64,000 nucleotides of DNA from an uncultured Candidatus Saccharibacteria bacterium (GTDB lineage Bacteria > Patescibacteriota > WWE3 > 2-01-FULL-39-13): positions 472,935 through 536,934 of the forward strand of contig OZ246395.1 of the NCBI GenBank assembly GCA_965230915.1, written 5' to 3'. How positions within the stretch are numbered: position 1 is the first letter of the stretch; each line of letters opens with the position of its first letter. The notes under the pieces were generated by a model, which saw only the letters and a program-made list of their open reading frames with translations, did no database searches and was not told where the DNA came from. Positions 1 through 9,817 of the stretch are shown here, piece by piece. A program made the position numbers and the translations under genes.

Positions 1-43
1 GGCAGTTCTCTCATATATGTTCTTTTGGAGTATATCTCAAATC

Positions 44-130
44 TGGTCCAGAGGGTAGGATTTGAACCTACGTAGGGATAGACCCGTCAGATTTACAGTC
101 TGATGCGATTGACCGCTCCGCCACCTCTGG
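44..130 (-). tRNA. tRNA-Tyr (anticodon GTA), long variable arm, encoded CCA
   Basis: Reverse complement gives a cloverleaf: acceptor CCAGAGG/CCTCTGG, anticodon loop CUGUAAA, T-loop GGTTCAAATCC, long variable arm typical of bacterial Tyr. The 5' end may lie at 130 or 131. Confidence 0.8.
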
Positions 131-246
131 GTAGTTAGAACAGCAAATATTTTATCAGATTTTATCGACTTTTCCGATAAACACTTTCAATGCTCTTATT
201 AGTGTCCTGAGACTAGCTATATAAAGGGGTTTTAGCAATTCCTTTT

Positions 247-2580
247 ATGCTAGAATGGACTGGTATGAAAAAACTCGTTTCCAATGCTAGGTATGGAAAA
301 AGGGTTGGAATCCCAACAAAATTACCCAAATTGTCTGGCGACTTTTCAGAAAAGGTACTATATATAATAGCCGTGATTTCGGGGCTAGGCCTTTTTGCCA
401 GTATTGTTGGAGCCATAGGATTAATCTTCGTTTTTACAGCTTTTTCGAGTACTCTACCCTCTCCTGGGAAGCTAACTAACCGTTCAATTGAACAATCAAC
501 CAAGATATATGATCGTAATGGAGAACTATTATATTCAGTATTCGATGCTAAAAACCGTACTCTAGTTACGCTAAGTCAGGTTTCTCCATATTTAATTCAT
601 GCAACACTTGCGACTGAAGATGGAGATTTTTACTATCACCAAGGTATCGATCCACTAGGAACGGCCCGCGGAATTCTTGTAACAATTACTACACGCGGTA
701 AACAAGGAGGTTCTACTTTAACTCAACAGGTTGCAAAAAATGCGCTTCTTACTCAAGATCGAACTATCACACGTAAGATTAAAGATATTGTGCTCGCTCT
801 TCAGATCGAAAAGAAGTACTCCAAAGATGAAATTTTACAGATGTATTTGAACGAAGTTCCATATGGAGGAACAACCTGGGGAGTCGAAGCTGCATCAAAA
901 ACTTACTTTGGTAAAAGTGCTGCAGATTTAACTTTAGCTGAATCAGCTTTAATTGCAGGTTTGCCACAGTCTCCGACTAGATATTCACCTTTTAGAGATC
1001 CAGAAGCCGCAAAAGACCGTCAAAAATATGTTTTATATTTAATGCACACTCGTGGTTGGGTTTCTCCGGATGGATCAAGACAATATATTTCCGACGAAGA
1101 ATATAACAAAGCTATCGAAGAGCCATTAAATTATGCGAGTTTTAACGGTACCTTTAGAGCTCCTCATTTTGTAATGTATGTTTTGAATTTACTTCGAGAA
1201 AGATATGGCGATGCAATGGTTGAAAGTGGAGGATTACAAGTAAAAACTTCTTTAGACTTAAAAATATATGATGAATATCAAAACATTGTTAAAGAAGAAG
1301 TCGAAAAAGCAAAAAATCTTGATGTTTCAAACGCGGGCTTAGTTGCAATCGATCCAAAAACACGTGAAATTTTAGCAATGGTGGGATCTGTTGATTATTT
1401 TAGTGAAGATATTGATGGACAATTTAATGTAGCTTTAGGAAAGCGTCAGCCAGGATCTACGTTAAAGCCAATAACTTACTTAACGGGATTTTTACAAGGT
1501 TATACAGCTTCTACAGTTATGTATGATGTATACACTCAATTTGATGGCGGCGCAGGTCAAGCGCCTTATGACCCGCAAAACTATGGCGGATGGGGTTTTA
1601 GAGGACCAATACAGGTTCGATATGCTTTAGCGAACTCTGTTAACGTTACAGCGGTAAAAATGCTAGATCTTGTAGGGATTCAAAATATGGTTAACTTGGC
1701 AAACAATTTAGGGGTTAAATCCTTGTACTACGATCCTTCAAAGCATGGATTGGCCTTAACACTTGGTGGAGGCGAAGTCACCTTATTAGACTTAACAAGC
1801 GGATACGCATCACTTGCTGCTGAAGGTGTTTATAAAGATTCTGTTGCTGTTTTAGAAGTAAAAGATGGGTCAGGAAAAGTTTTAGAACATCACCAAGATT
1901 CTGAGGGTAAAAGAGTTGTTGATCCAAGATATGTTTATGTAATTAGCACTATTTTGTCAGACAATAACGCTCGCGCTGCGGCTTTTGGTACTGGATCACA
2001 GCTTTACATTCCAAATAATAAAGTAGCAGTAAAAACTGGAACTTCAAATGACCTTAAAGACAACTGGACAGTTGGTTATACAGATGAAATCGCAATTGGG
2101 GTTTGGGTTGGAAATAACGATGGTAAACAAATGAATAATCGTTTGGCATCCGGCTTAACTGGAGCTGCACCAATTTGGCATCGTGCTATAGTTTCATTTT
2201 TAACAGAGCATCCACATAAAGAATTTAAACAGCCAGAAGGCATAAAGGAAGTTATGGTAGGAACTCTATCTGGAATGCTTCCATATGAAGATAAAGAAGA
2301 ACAACGTCTTGAATATTTTGTTGAAGGTACAGAACCTAAAACAAAATCAGATATGTTCCAACGAGTAAAAATCTGTGATGATGGAGATGTTGAAGACAAA
2401 CTTTATATCGAATACAAAGCTGAAAAGCCAGAGTGGCAGAAATATGTTGATGCTTGGATCGATGATAAATATAAAGATAACGATGATGAAAGGTATAAAT
2501 ATCGTGGTCCAGAAGTTGAAAAGAAGGATAAACCAGACAAATTTGATACCGATAACTGTGAAGAAGATGACGATGATTAG
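247..2580 (+). CDS. Class A penicillin-binding protein (PBP1A-type bifunctional transglycosylase/transpeptidase) with an acidic C-terminal tail
   Basis: N-terminal TM anchor; GT51 motifs (EDGDFYYHQGID, GGSTLTQQVAKN); transpeptidase motifs (STLKP = SxxK, KTGTSND = KTG). C-terminus is very D/E/K rich (…NCEEDDDD). The start could be ATG 247 or 265. Confidence 0.9.
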   Translation: MLEWTGMKKLVSNARYGKRVGIPTKLPKLSGDFSEKVLYIIAVISGLGLFASIVGAIGLIFVFTAFSSTLPSPGKLTNRSIEQSTKIYDRNGELLYSVFDAKNRTLVTLSQVSPYLIHATLATEDGDFYYHQGIDPLGTARGILVTITTRGKQGGSTLTQQVAKNALLTQDRTITRKIKDIVLALQIEKKYSKDEILQMYLNEVPYGGTTWGVEAASKTYFGKSAADLTLAESALIAGLPQSPTRYSPFRDPEAAKDRQKYVLYLMHTRGWVSPDGSRQYISDEEYNKAIEEPLNYASFNGTFRAPHFVMYVLNLLRERYGDAMVESGGLQVKTSLDLKIYDEYQNIVKEEVEKAKNLDVSNAGLVAIDPKTREILAMVGSVDYFSEDIDGQFNVALGKRQPGSTLKPITYLTGFLQGYTASTVMYDVYTQFDGGAGQAPYDPQNYGGWGFRGPIQVRYALANSVNVTAVKMLDLVGIQNMVNLANNLGVKSLYYDPSKHGLALTLGGGEVTLLDLTSGYASLAAEGVYKDSVAVLEVKDGSGKVLEHHQDSEGKRVVDPRYVYVISTILSDNNARAAAFGTGSQLYIPNNKVAVKTGTSNDLKDNWTVGYTDEIAIGVWVGNNDGKQMNNRLASGLTGAAPIWHRAIVSFLTEHPHKEFKQPEGIKEVMVGTLSGMLPYEDKEEQRLEYFVEGTEPKTKSDMFQRVKICDDGDVEDKLYIEYKAEKPEWQKYVDAWIDDKYKDNDDERYKYRGPEVEKKDKPDKFDTDNCEEDDDD

Positions 2581-2597
2581 AAATTGAAAAATAAAAT

Positions 2598-4562
2598 TTA
2601 ACTTCTAAGCTTTGCTCCTACCCTCTTTAGAGTACCTAGCATATCATTTTTGATTTCTTCTATATTCTCACGTGTTAATTTATTTTCAGCATCTTCGAAT
2701 AATATTTGAAAGGTAGTAGAAATTTTATCTGCTCCTAATTTAGCATCTTCATAAACATCTTTTACTTCAACTTGCTTAATGTAGTCGCTCGCTGCACTCA
2801 TAATTGCTGCTACTCTTCCTAATGGTTCTTTTTGGTCAATAACTAGCGAAACTTCTTCTAAAATTCTTTGTGTAAGACCAGTTTGAAAGCTAAGGGATGG
2901 AATTTCTTGAACGCTGACAACTTCTAAAAGATTTTCTGTGAATAGTTCATAACCGCTTGAGGAAAGTTTAGCGATTGTCTGATCATTTATTGCATATACT
3001 AGCTTTTTATCTGATTCTTTCCACTGTAATTTATTTACGATTCCAAGTTTGGTCATCAAAGCTGTAAAGTCGGCTTTTACAATTGCAAAGTCATATCCAG
3101 AGTATAAAGTTTGAATTCTACGCTCTTCTAGGAATTCTCCTATTCGCTTTTTGTAATAGATCTTTCCGACTTCAAATACTGCAACCTGTTCACGGCCTGC
3201 CTTTTTATTAAAATCAACGACGTCTAGTAAAGTCAATTTTATACTCGTACGCAACGCATTTTGATATTTATTTAATGGATTTTCTAAGAGTATTTGTTCT
3301 GAATCTTTCTCATTATAAGTAACAAGCGGGCTTGTAATGTATTCATCAAGTCCCATATTTACTAAAATATCTCTGATTTTTTCTTCAAGCAATAAATATT
3401 GTGGAGTCGAAAAATCTGGTGCTGCCGACATTAGTGGGGTTAATGGAATATTTTCGTATCCCCATAGCCTTAGGACTTCTTCCACCAAGTCAGCTTCTAG
3501 TTTAACGTCGGTTCTCCAATCGGGAACACGAATTGTTAGTAAACTTTTATCGAGCCCGATAGCTTCTTTTTGCTCTAATACAATAAACCCGAGCCGCTCT
3601 AATAATAGTCGAGCATCTTGAATTGTAACCTGAACTCCACCCAATCTCTCAATTTCAAAGACGTTAAATTCGATAACAGTTGGCTCTTCTAACTTTTCAT
3701 AAAAGTCTTCTATCTTTACAATTTTGCCATCTGCTAATGCATTTATTAATTGCAAAGCTCGCTTTATAGCAACTTCAACCATATTAGGATTCAAGAATTT
3801 TTCATGTCTTGTAGACGCATCAGTTCTAATATTATGACGCAGTGATGTTCTTCTAATCGTTCCTTGGTCATAAACTGCAGATTCTAAAATAATATTTTTT
3901 GTGGTGTTGTCGATATCAGAGTTTGCTCCACCGATAACCCCAGCTATTGCGACTGGCTTTTGTGTATCAGCTACAACTAGATCTTCCTTTGTTAATTCAA
4001 TTTTAGTTTTTTGCCAGGTTTCGAATGTTTCACCTTCGGTAGCTCTTCTAATTGTTAATAATGTCGATCCTTTTTCTGCAGCTAATTTATCGCGGTCAAA
4101 TGCATGTAGTGGAAGCCCATATTCAAGCATTACATAATTTGTTATGTCGACAATATTATTAATTGATGGAATTCCGTAAAGCTCCAAATCTTTTACCATC
4201 CAGTCAGGAGATTTCTCGACTTTTACGTCTTCGATTTCGACTGTGCAGAATCTTTTTGTAATATCTTTTGCTGTAACTGAAAGATTTTTTTCCGGTTCCG
4301 TCCAATCAACTGGAATTTCATCTAAACTTTCAGGATAAGTAACTGGTTTATCGATGTATGCAGCATATTCCCGTGCGGCGCCAATTATTGAAAGCATGTC
4401 TGGTCGATTTGATTTTGTATCAAAGTCGAAAATACTTTCGCCTTGAACTTCTTCAACCTTACCTTCGGGCATAAAACCTAATAAAGTCATTATGTTAGAA
4501 AATTCTTTCGGATTGTGTTCTAGTTTTACGTATTTTGATAGCCAGCTTAATGGTATTTTCAT
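2598..4562 (-). CDS. pheT: Phenylalanine--tRNA ligase beta subunit
   Basis: N-terminus MKIPLSWLSKYV is typical of PheT; B3/4 and B5 domain-like regions. It lies immediately downstream of pheS in the conserved operon. At 654 aa it is relatively short for PheT. Confidence 0.9.
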   Translation of the reverse strand: MKIPLSWLSKYVKLEHNPKEFSNIMTLLGFMPEGKVEEVQGESIFDFDTKSNRPDMLSIIGAAREYAAYIDKPVTYPESLDEIPVDWTEPEKNLSVTAKDITKRFCTVEIEDVKVEKSPDWMVKDLELYGIPSINNIVDITNYVMLEYGLPLHAFDRDKLAAEKGSTLLTIRRATEGETFETWQKTKIELTKEDLVVADTQKPVAIAGVIGGANSDIDNTTKNIILESAVYDQGTIRRTSLRHNIRTDASTRHEKFLNPNMVEVAIKRALQLINALADGKIVKIEDFYEKLEEPTVIEFNVFEIERLGGVQVTIQDARLLLERLGFIVLEQKEAIGLDKSLLTIRVPDWRTDVKLEADLVEEVLRLWGYENIPLTPLMSAAPDFSTPQYLLLEEKIRDILVNMGLDEYITSPLVTYNEKDSEQILLENPLNKYQNALRTSIKLTLLDVVDFNKKAGREQVAVFEVGKIYYKKRIGEFLEERRIQTLYSGYDFAIVKADFTALMTKLGIVNKLQWKESDKKLVYAINDQTIAKLSSSGYELFTENLLEVVSVQEIPSLSFQTGLTQRILEEVSLVIDQKEPLGRVAAIMSAASDYIKQVEVKDVYEDAKLGADKISTTFQILFEDAENKLTRENIEEIKNDMLGTLKRVGAKLRS

Positions 4563-4568
4563 TTTGTT

Positions 4569-5573
4569 TTAGCGATAAACTATGTTGCCGTTAGTAAGTA
4601 AACGTAAGTCGCGAATTTTAAATCGTTGCATTGCAATACGGTCTAGTCCCCAGCCGAATGCGAATCCTGAATAAATATCTGGGTCAATTCCTGCGGCTTT
4701 TAAAGTATTTGGGTGAATCATCCCTCCTCCTGCAATCTCGATCCAACCTCTATATTTGCAAATTTCACAGCCTTCACCTTTACAGAAAGTACACAAAACA
4801 TCTGGACTCATACCAGGTTCAACTTCCGGATAATATTTTGCCCGAAATCTAATTTGTGTGTCTTCTCCTAAAATATGTTTTAGAGATTTAGTAAAAATCC
4901 ATTTTAAATTTCCGAGGTTTAAGTCTTTGTCGACGCAAACCCCCTGAAATTGGTGGAACATCGCGCCATTACTTTTGCTGACTGTTTCATTTCTGAAGAC
5001 TTTTCCACCAAATACGAACCTAATTGGAGGATCTTGTTTTTCTAATTCGCGAGCTTCTACGCTAGAAGTTTGAGTTCGCAACAAGAATTCAGGTTCCATC
5101 AAATAAAAAGTATCCTGCATTTCCCGTGCAGGGTGGTCTTTTGGAACGCCCATTATTTCAAAGTTATGTTTATCATCCTCGATTTCTGGTCCGTCATGAA
5201 CTGAAAATCCATAATAATGAAAGAATTGATACAAATCTCGTGTAACAATGGTAATAGGGTTTAAATTGCCAGTTTTTGTAGGGGCAACTGGAACGGTTAG
5301 ATCAATGTTTTGATCTTCATCTTGTTTTTTGGCTGCTTTTTCTCGAAGTTCGACAATTTCTTCTTCTATTTTGGCTTTAATTTCATTTAATTCCTTGGCA
5401 GCCTTAACTTTTGCTTCGTCAGCTAAATGTACAATATTTTTAAATTGGGAGTTAATTTCACCTTTTTTACCGAGATATTTTAGGTATACGGCATCCAGGT
5501 CTAGATTTTTTAAATCTTCTGTGTATTTTTTTCTGAGATCTTTTATGTTCTTTAATATATCTTCGTGTTCCAT
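4569..5573 (-). CDS. pheS: Phenylalanine--tRNA ligase alpha subunit
   Basis: Class II aaRS core motifs (FRNE…, GWIEIAGGGMIHP, AFGWGLDRIAM) and operon context. Contains a CxxC…CxxC insertion (CTFCKGEGCEICKY). Confidence 0.9.
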   Translation of the reverse strand: MEHEDILKNIKDLRKKYTEDLKNLDLDAVYLKYLGKKGEINSQFKNIVHLADEAKVKAAKELNEIKAKIEEEIVELREKAAKKQDEDQNIDLTVPVAPTKTGNLNPITIVTRDLYQFFHYYGFSVHDGPEIEDDKHNFEIMGVPKDHPAREMQDTFYLMEPEFLLRTQTSSVEARELEKQDPPIRFVFGGKVFRNETVSKSNGAMFHQFQGVCVDKDLNLGNLKWIFTKSLKHILGEDTQIRFRAKYYPEVEPGMSPDVLCTFCKGEGCEICKYRGWIEIAGGGMIHPNTLKAAGIDPDIYSGFAFGWGLDRIAMQRFKIRDLRLLTNGNIVYR

Positions 5574-5615
5574 GAAGACAAAAGAAGCGATTTATGGCAG
5601 GTTATAATTTTCAGC

Positions 5616-5966
5616 TTATTTGGAGCTGACTTTTTCCACGATAGCCTTAAATGCTTCTGGTTGATTAACAGCTAATTCTGATAAAACTTTTCTATCAATA
5701 TCTAGTTTACTCGAATTTAAGTCTTTAATAAATTGTGAATATCTAATGCCCAGTGGACTTAGAGCGGCATTAATTCGGATAATCCAAAGTGATCTCATGT
5801 CGCGTTTTTTAAGTTTTCTTCCTGCAAAGGCATGTTCGCCAGCTCTAATGAAAGCCTGATATGCATTTCTGAATAGCTTACTTCTTGATCCTGAATATCC
5901 TTTTGTAGCTTCTAATATTTTTTTGTGTCTGCGTCTTCTTACTACGCCTGTTTTTACTCTTGGCAT
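5616..5966 (-). CDS. rplT: 50S ribosomal protein L20
   Basis: MPRVKTGVVRRRRHKKILEATKGY… is the canonical L20 N-terminus; operon context. Confidence 0.95.
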   Translation of the reverse strand: MPRVKTGVVRRRRHKKILEATKGYSGSRSKLFRNAYQAFIRAGEHAFAGRKLKKRDMRSLWIIRINAALSPLGIRYSQFIKDLNSSKLDIDRKVLSELAVNQPEAFKAIVEKVSSK

Positions 5967-5971
5967 GTTAT

Positions 5972-6172
5972 TTATTTGGATTTAATTATGAAACTCTTAA
6001 TTTTCTTTCTAAAACCTTTTCCGACAGTTTGTGGCTTTTTTTTGCGATTTCTGTTGTCAGAATCATGCTTTCTAGCCAAATGCGTTGTCGCACTGTGTTT
6101 TCTTTTTAATTTTCCTGTTTTTGTTACTTTAAATCTCTTTACTGCAACTTTTCTTGATTTCTGTTTTGGCAT
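5972..6172 (-). CDS. rpmI: 50S ribosomal protein L35
   Basis: MPKQKSRKVAVKRFKVTKTGKLKRKH is the canonical L35; it lies between infC and rplT. Confidence 0.95.
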   Translation of the reverse strand: MPKQKSRKVAVKRFKVTKTGKLKRKHSATTHLARKHDSDNRNRKKKPQTVGKGFRKKIKSFIIKSK

Positions 6173-6186
6173 TTTTCGTGTTTAAA

Positions 6187-6702
6187 CTAACTACCTTTGC
6201 CAGATGGGGCTAAGGTCATACTCATTATATTACCTAATAATTGGGCCGGTTTCTCTACTCTTGAAACGTCAGATAGCTCAGATTGGATAATCTTTAGCTT
6301 GGTTTCACCGAGTTCGGGGAATAATTTAGCTCTACCTTTAAATTTCACTGTATATTTTACCACATTTCCTTCTAATAGGAACTTTCTTCCCCGATCAATT
6401 CTAAGTTTAAGGTCTCCCTCTCCTGTGGTTGGCCCAAGTTGGAACTCTTTTAGTTCGGTTTTTTTTGCTTTTCCCTGCTTACTTTTGGTCTTTTGTTCGT
6501 ATAAGTACTTGTTATAGTCCATGATACGGCAAACGGGAGGATTCGCTCCTCCTGATACTTCAACCAGTTCTAAATTGGCTTCTTGAGCGATTCTAATGGC
6601 ATCCTGAAGCTTTATTACCCCAAGGTTATTGCCGTTATGATCTATAACTTGAACCTCATTAGCTCTTATCTGGTTATTTATTCTGTGTTTAATGTCTATG
6701 AT
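6187..6702 (-). CDS. infC: Translation initiation factor IF-3, with a non-AUG start (ATC/ATA/ATT at 6702/6699/6693)
   Basis: The 6187..6522 ORF encodes only the IF3 C-terminal domain. The same frame stays open upstream to a TAA at 6703-6705 and encodes the N-domain (…HRINNQIRANEVQVIDHNGNNLGV…PPVCRIMDYNKY), which matches E. coli ARPNRINGEIRA…PPVCRIMDYGKF. No in-frame ATG is present, consistent with the well-known AUU/AUA start of infC. Confidence 0.8.
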   Translation of the reverse strand: MIDIKHRINNQIRANEVQVIDHNGNNLGVIKLQDAIRIAQEANLELVEVSGGANPPVCRIMDYNKYLYEQKTKSKQGKAKKTELKEFQLGPTTGEGDLKLRIDRGRKFLLEGNVVKYTVKFKGRAKLFPELGETKLKIIQSELSDVSRVEKPAQLLGNIMSMTLAPSGKGS

Positions 6703-6766
6703 TTATAAGCTATGGCTTTTCAGGACGAAATGATTTCCGTCTGAGAAGCCATAAACTTGAATTAGT

Positions 6767-8554
6767 TTACTTACTTTGCTCTTCTGTTGTAATAGCTTTT
6801 GAAATTATATTATGTTTAATTTCTTCAGTAAAGACGGCCAAATCTACGAGATTGGCTTGTCTTCCATCGCGGTATCTAATAGAGACAGTTCCACCTTCTT
6901 CTTCTTTTCCACCAACAATAAGCATATATGGAATTTTCTGCTCTTGAGCTTTTCTTATCTTATTACCCATTGTTTCAGCATTTCCATCAATCTCTAGTCG
7001 AACACCTTCTTTTTTAAGCTGCTGAGCTACTTTCTGAGCATAGTCATTGAACTTGTCAGAGATAGGAATTATCGCTACTTGGACAGGTGCTATCCAAACT
7101 GGAAAAGCTCCGGCGAAATGCTCGATAATTATCCCTATAAAGCGCTCTAAGGATCCATAAATTACACGATGGATAACGACAGGTGTTTTCTCGGTTCCAT
7201 CGGCTGCAGCGTATTTAAGACCGAACCTGGCGGGTTGCTGGAAGTCTAACTGAATAGTTCCCATCTGCCATTGGCGTCCGATAGAGTCATTCATTAAAAT
7301 ATCGACTTTTGGGCCGTAAAATGCACCGTCACCTTCTAATATAAAGAAGTCTTTTCCTGACTTTTCTAGTACTTTCTTAAGAGCTTCTTCGGCTTTGTCC
7401 CATGTGGCTGGTTCGCCCATGAATTTTTCAGGACGAGTTCCAAGCCTAAATGAGTATTCAAGTCCAAAAATTGAATAGAATTGCTCGCATAGCTCAAATA
7501 CATGCTGGTATTCGTCTTCTATCATGTCTTCGGTTATGTAGTTATGTGAGTCGTCTTGCTGGAATGACCTGACTCTTAATAATCCATTTAAAGTTCCGGA
7601 TCTTTCGTACCTATGTAATCTATCAGTATCTGAAAGTCTTAAAGGCAGATCCTTATAGCTACGTGTTCTTGATCCAAAAACTAACATTGCATTCGGACAG
7701 TTCATTGGTTTTACTCCATAAACTTCGTTTTCGCCCATATCGGCAATGAACATATCTTCTTTGTAGTGATCCCAATGGCCTGAAGTTACATAAAGATCAG
7801 TCTTGTTTAGAAGAGGACTGACTATTTCTTGATAATTATGTTTTTCGTGTTCGTCTCTCCAATATTTGACCAGCTCGTTATAGAGTTTTAGCCCTTTTGG
7901 TAACCAATAAGGCATACCAGGAGAAGTCTCGTGGAACATGAATAAACCCAGTTCTTTGCCTAGCTTTTTGTGGTCGCGCTTTTTTGCTTCTTCTAAAAGT
8001 GTTAAATATTTGTCTAACTCTTCTTTGGAATCAAATGCTGTGCCATAAACTCGAGTTAACATTTCATTTTTTTCATTTCCGCGCCAATATGCTCCTGCAA
8101 TGCTTAAAATTTTAAAAGCCTTAACTTCGCCAGTTTTATCAACATGAGGACCTGCACAAAGGTCTACGAATACTGATTCGCCTTTGTCCGGGTCGCCAGT
8201 ATAATAAACAGTAATTTGCTCACCATTAGATGTAAATTCGTCGATAAGCTCCTGTTTAAACGGGTTATGCTTAAACATTTCTCGAGCTTTGTCTGCACTT
8301 ACAACTTTTTCAATAAACGGTAGGTTTGCATCTACAATTTCTTGCATTTTAGCCTCTATCTTAGGGAAATCTTCTTCTGAAATTTGTGTTTCCCATCTTG
8401 AATCATTATAAAAGCCATCGTCTATTGCCGGACCTATTGCTCTCATAACTTTTCCCGGGAATAGTTCTTCGATAGCTTGATTAAATATGTGCTCGGCAGA
8501 ATGTCTAACTTTGTGTAAATAGTCGGGGTTATGCCCTTTTTCATTGTTTTTCAT
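6767..8554 (-). CDS. thrS: Threonine--tRNA ligase
   Basis: Class II aaRS with a ThrRS-like second additional domain (HSAEH zinc motif) and a C-terminal anticodon-binding domain. It sits directly upstream of infC as in the canonical operon. At 595 aa it lacks the N-terminal TGS extension. Confidence 0.9.
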   Translation of the reverse strand: MKNNEKGHNPDYLHKVRHSAEHIFNQAIEELFPGKVMRAIGPAIDDGFYNDSRWETQISEEDFPKIEAKMQEIVDANLPFIEKVVSADKAREMFKHNPFKQELIDEFTSNGEQITVYYTGDPDKGESVFVDLCAGPHVDKTGEVKAFKILSIAGAYWRGNEKNEMLTRVYGTAFDSKEELDKYLTLLEEAKKRDHKKLGKELGLFMFHETSPGMPYWLPKGLKLYNELVKYWRDEHEKHNYQEIVSPLLNKTDLYVTSGHWDHYKEDMFIADMGENEVYGVKPMNCPNAMLVFGSRTRSYKDLPLRLSDTDRLHRYERSGTLNGLLRVRSFQQDDSHNYITEDMIEDEYQHVFELCEQFYSIFGLEYSFRLGTRPEKFMGEPATWDKAEEALKKVLEKSGKDFFILEGDGAFYGPKVDILMNDSIGRQWQMGTIQLDFQQPARFGLKYAAADGTEKTPVVIHRVIYGSLERFIGIIIEHFAGAFPVWIAPVQVAIIPISDKFNDYAQKVAQQLKKEGVRLEIDGNAETMGNKIRKAQEQKIPYMLIVGGKEEEGGTVSIRYRDGRQANLVDLAVFTEEIKHNIISKAITTEEQSK

Positions 8555-8731
8555 ATACTTATTAATAATACTATATAAATGATTGATTTGGTCAGCCTGA
8601 CCATAGGGTTAGGTAGAATAGTTATTACCCCAAAGGGGTTGTTTCCGCAATAAGGCGCATATCGCCCATAGGGTTAAGAACCTGTTTAGAATTTATATAT
8701 AACATGCCTTCATTCATTAAATGAAATGATA

Positions 8732-9805
8732 TCACAAATAGTTTGTATAGCCTCTTTCTTCTAAAAGTTTTAGATAGTCCTTTAAAGCGCCATTATCATT
8801 TCTGTGAAAAATTGCGATCGCGTCTGGGGTATTAACCACTACCATGTCTTTTAAATTAATCGTTGAGATAAGCTTTTTGTCTTCGTAGTTATAAATTATC
8901 GAGTTTTTAGAGTTCATATCGATGACGTTTCCAAGTGTCACATTTGAATCCGACGATGTTTCAAGAGCTTCTTTAAGCATGGTCCATTCACCTACGTCGT
9001 TCCATCCCATTTCAACCGACATAACTTGGGCTTCATCTTTTGATAGATTCTCTGAAAAGATTTTGTCGAATCCGATTTTTGGGAGATTTATATAGGATGC
9101 CATTGCCTCTTGTGAAAAATTTGATTGTACAATTTTTTGGATTCCTTCGAATATTTCGGGAGAATACTTCTGATATTTTTCTAAAATCTTATTGGGATTC
9201 ATTACCATATACCCTGGGTTCCAGAGGTAGCTTTTTGATTCTAAATATTGCTCGGCAACCTCGGCAGTTGGTTTTTCGACGAATTTTTCGAATTCATACA
9301 AGATTACATTAGGCTTTATTTCTTGAAGTTTTTGACCAAAATGAATGTAGCCTAGTGATGGCGATGGATAACGTGCTGGGACTCCGATAACTATTGTTTT
9401 GCCATTTTGTTCCGCTAACTTCCCTGCTTCGTATAAAGCGTCGGCAAAAATTTTGGGCTCTTTAACATAGTGATCTGACCATTGAATACTTATAACTTCG
9501 TCTGGAAATTTAGACTGAACATACGAAACAGCTAAAGCTACTGCCGCGCCGTTATCGATCATTGCAGGTTCGAAAATGAAGTTCTCTTTAGGCAGTTCAT
9601 ATAAAATTTCTTCGACTTCAGTTTTGTATTGTGAGCCGGTGCTTAAAAAAATATCTTCGGCTTTAAATTTTAAACGTAAATAATCGTACTTAAGTTTTAT
9701 TAAAGGTTTATTGTCTATAACTGACTGAAATTGTTTCGGGGATTTTTTACGGCTTACTGGCCAGAAGCGTTTTCCTGTTCCGCCTGCGAAAATAATGATC
9801 TTCAT
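8732..9805 (-). CDS. Sugar-phosphate nucleotidyltransferase (mannose-1-phosphate guanylyltransferase-like)
   Basis: N-terminal MKIIIFAGGTGKRFWPVSRKKSPKQF matches the G-x-G-T-R-x-x-P-x-S-R nucleotidyltransferase motif of ManC/GMP family enzymes. Confidence 0.65.
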   Translation of the reverse strand: MKIIIFAGGTGKRFWPVSRKKSPKQFQSVIDNKPLIKLKYDYLRLKFKAEDIFLSTGSQYKTEVEEILYELPKENFIFEPAMIDNGAAVALAVSYVQSKFPDEVISIQWSDHYVKEPKIFADALYEAGKLAEQNGKTIVIGVPARYPSPSLGYIHFGQKLQEIKPNVILYEFEKFVEKPTAEVAEQYLESKSYLWNPGYMVMNPNKILEKYQKYSPEIFEGIQKIVQSNFSQEAMASYINLPKIGFDKIFSENLSKDEAQVMSVEMGWNDVGEWTMLKEALETSSDSNVTLGNVIDMNSKNSIIYNYEDKKLISTINLKDMVVVNTPDAIAIFHRNDNGALKDYLKLLEERGYTNYL

Positions 9806-9817
9806 ATTATTCGCATC

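Noticed and set aside
213-503. 96-aa minus-strand ORF overlapping the PBP1A start
   Set aside because: Antisense to the conserved PBP N-terminus, with no RBS; a likely shadow ORF. The same applies to the many 60-150 aa antisense ORFs inside pheT, thrS, dnaK, the subtilisin, the 27052..28437 gene and others.
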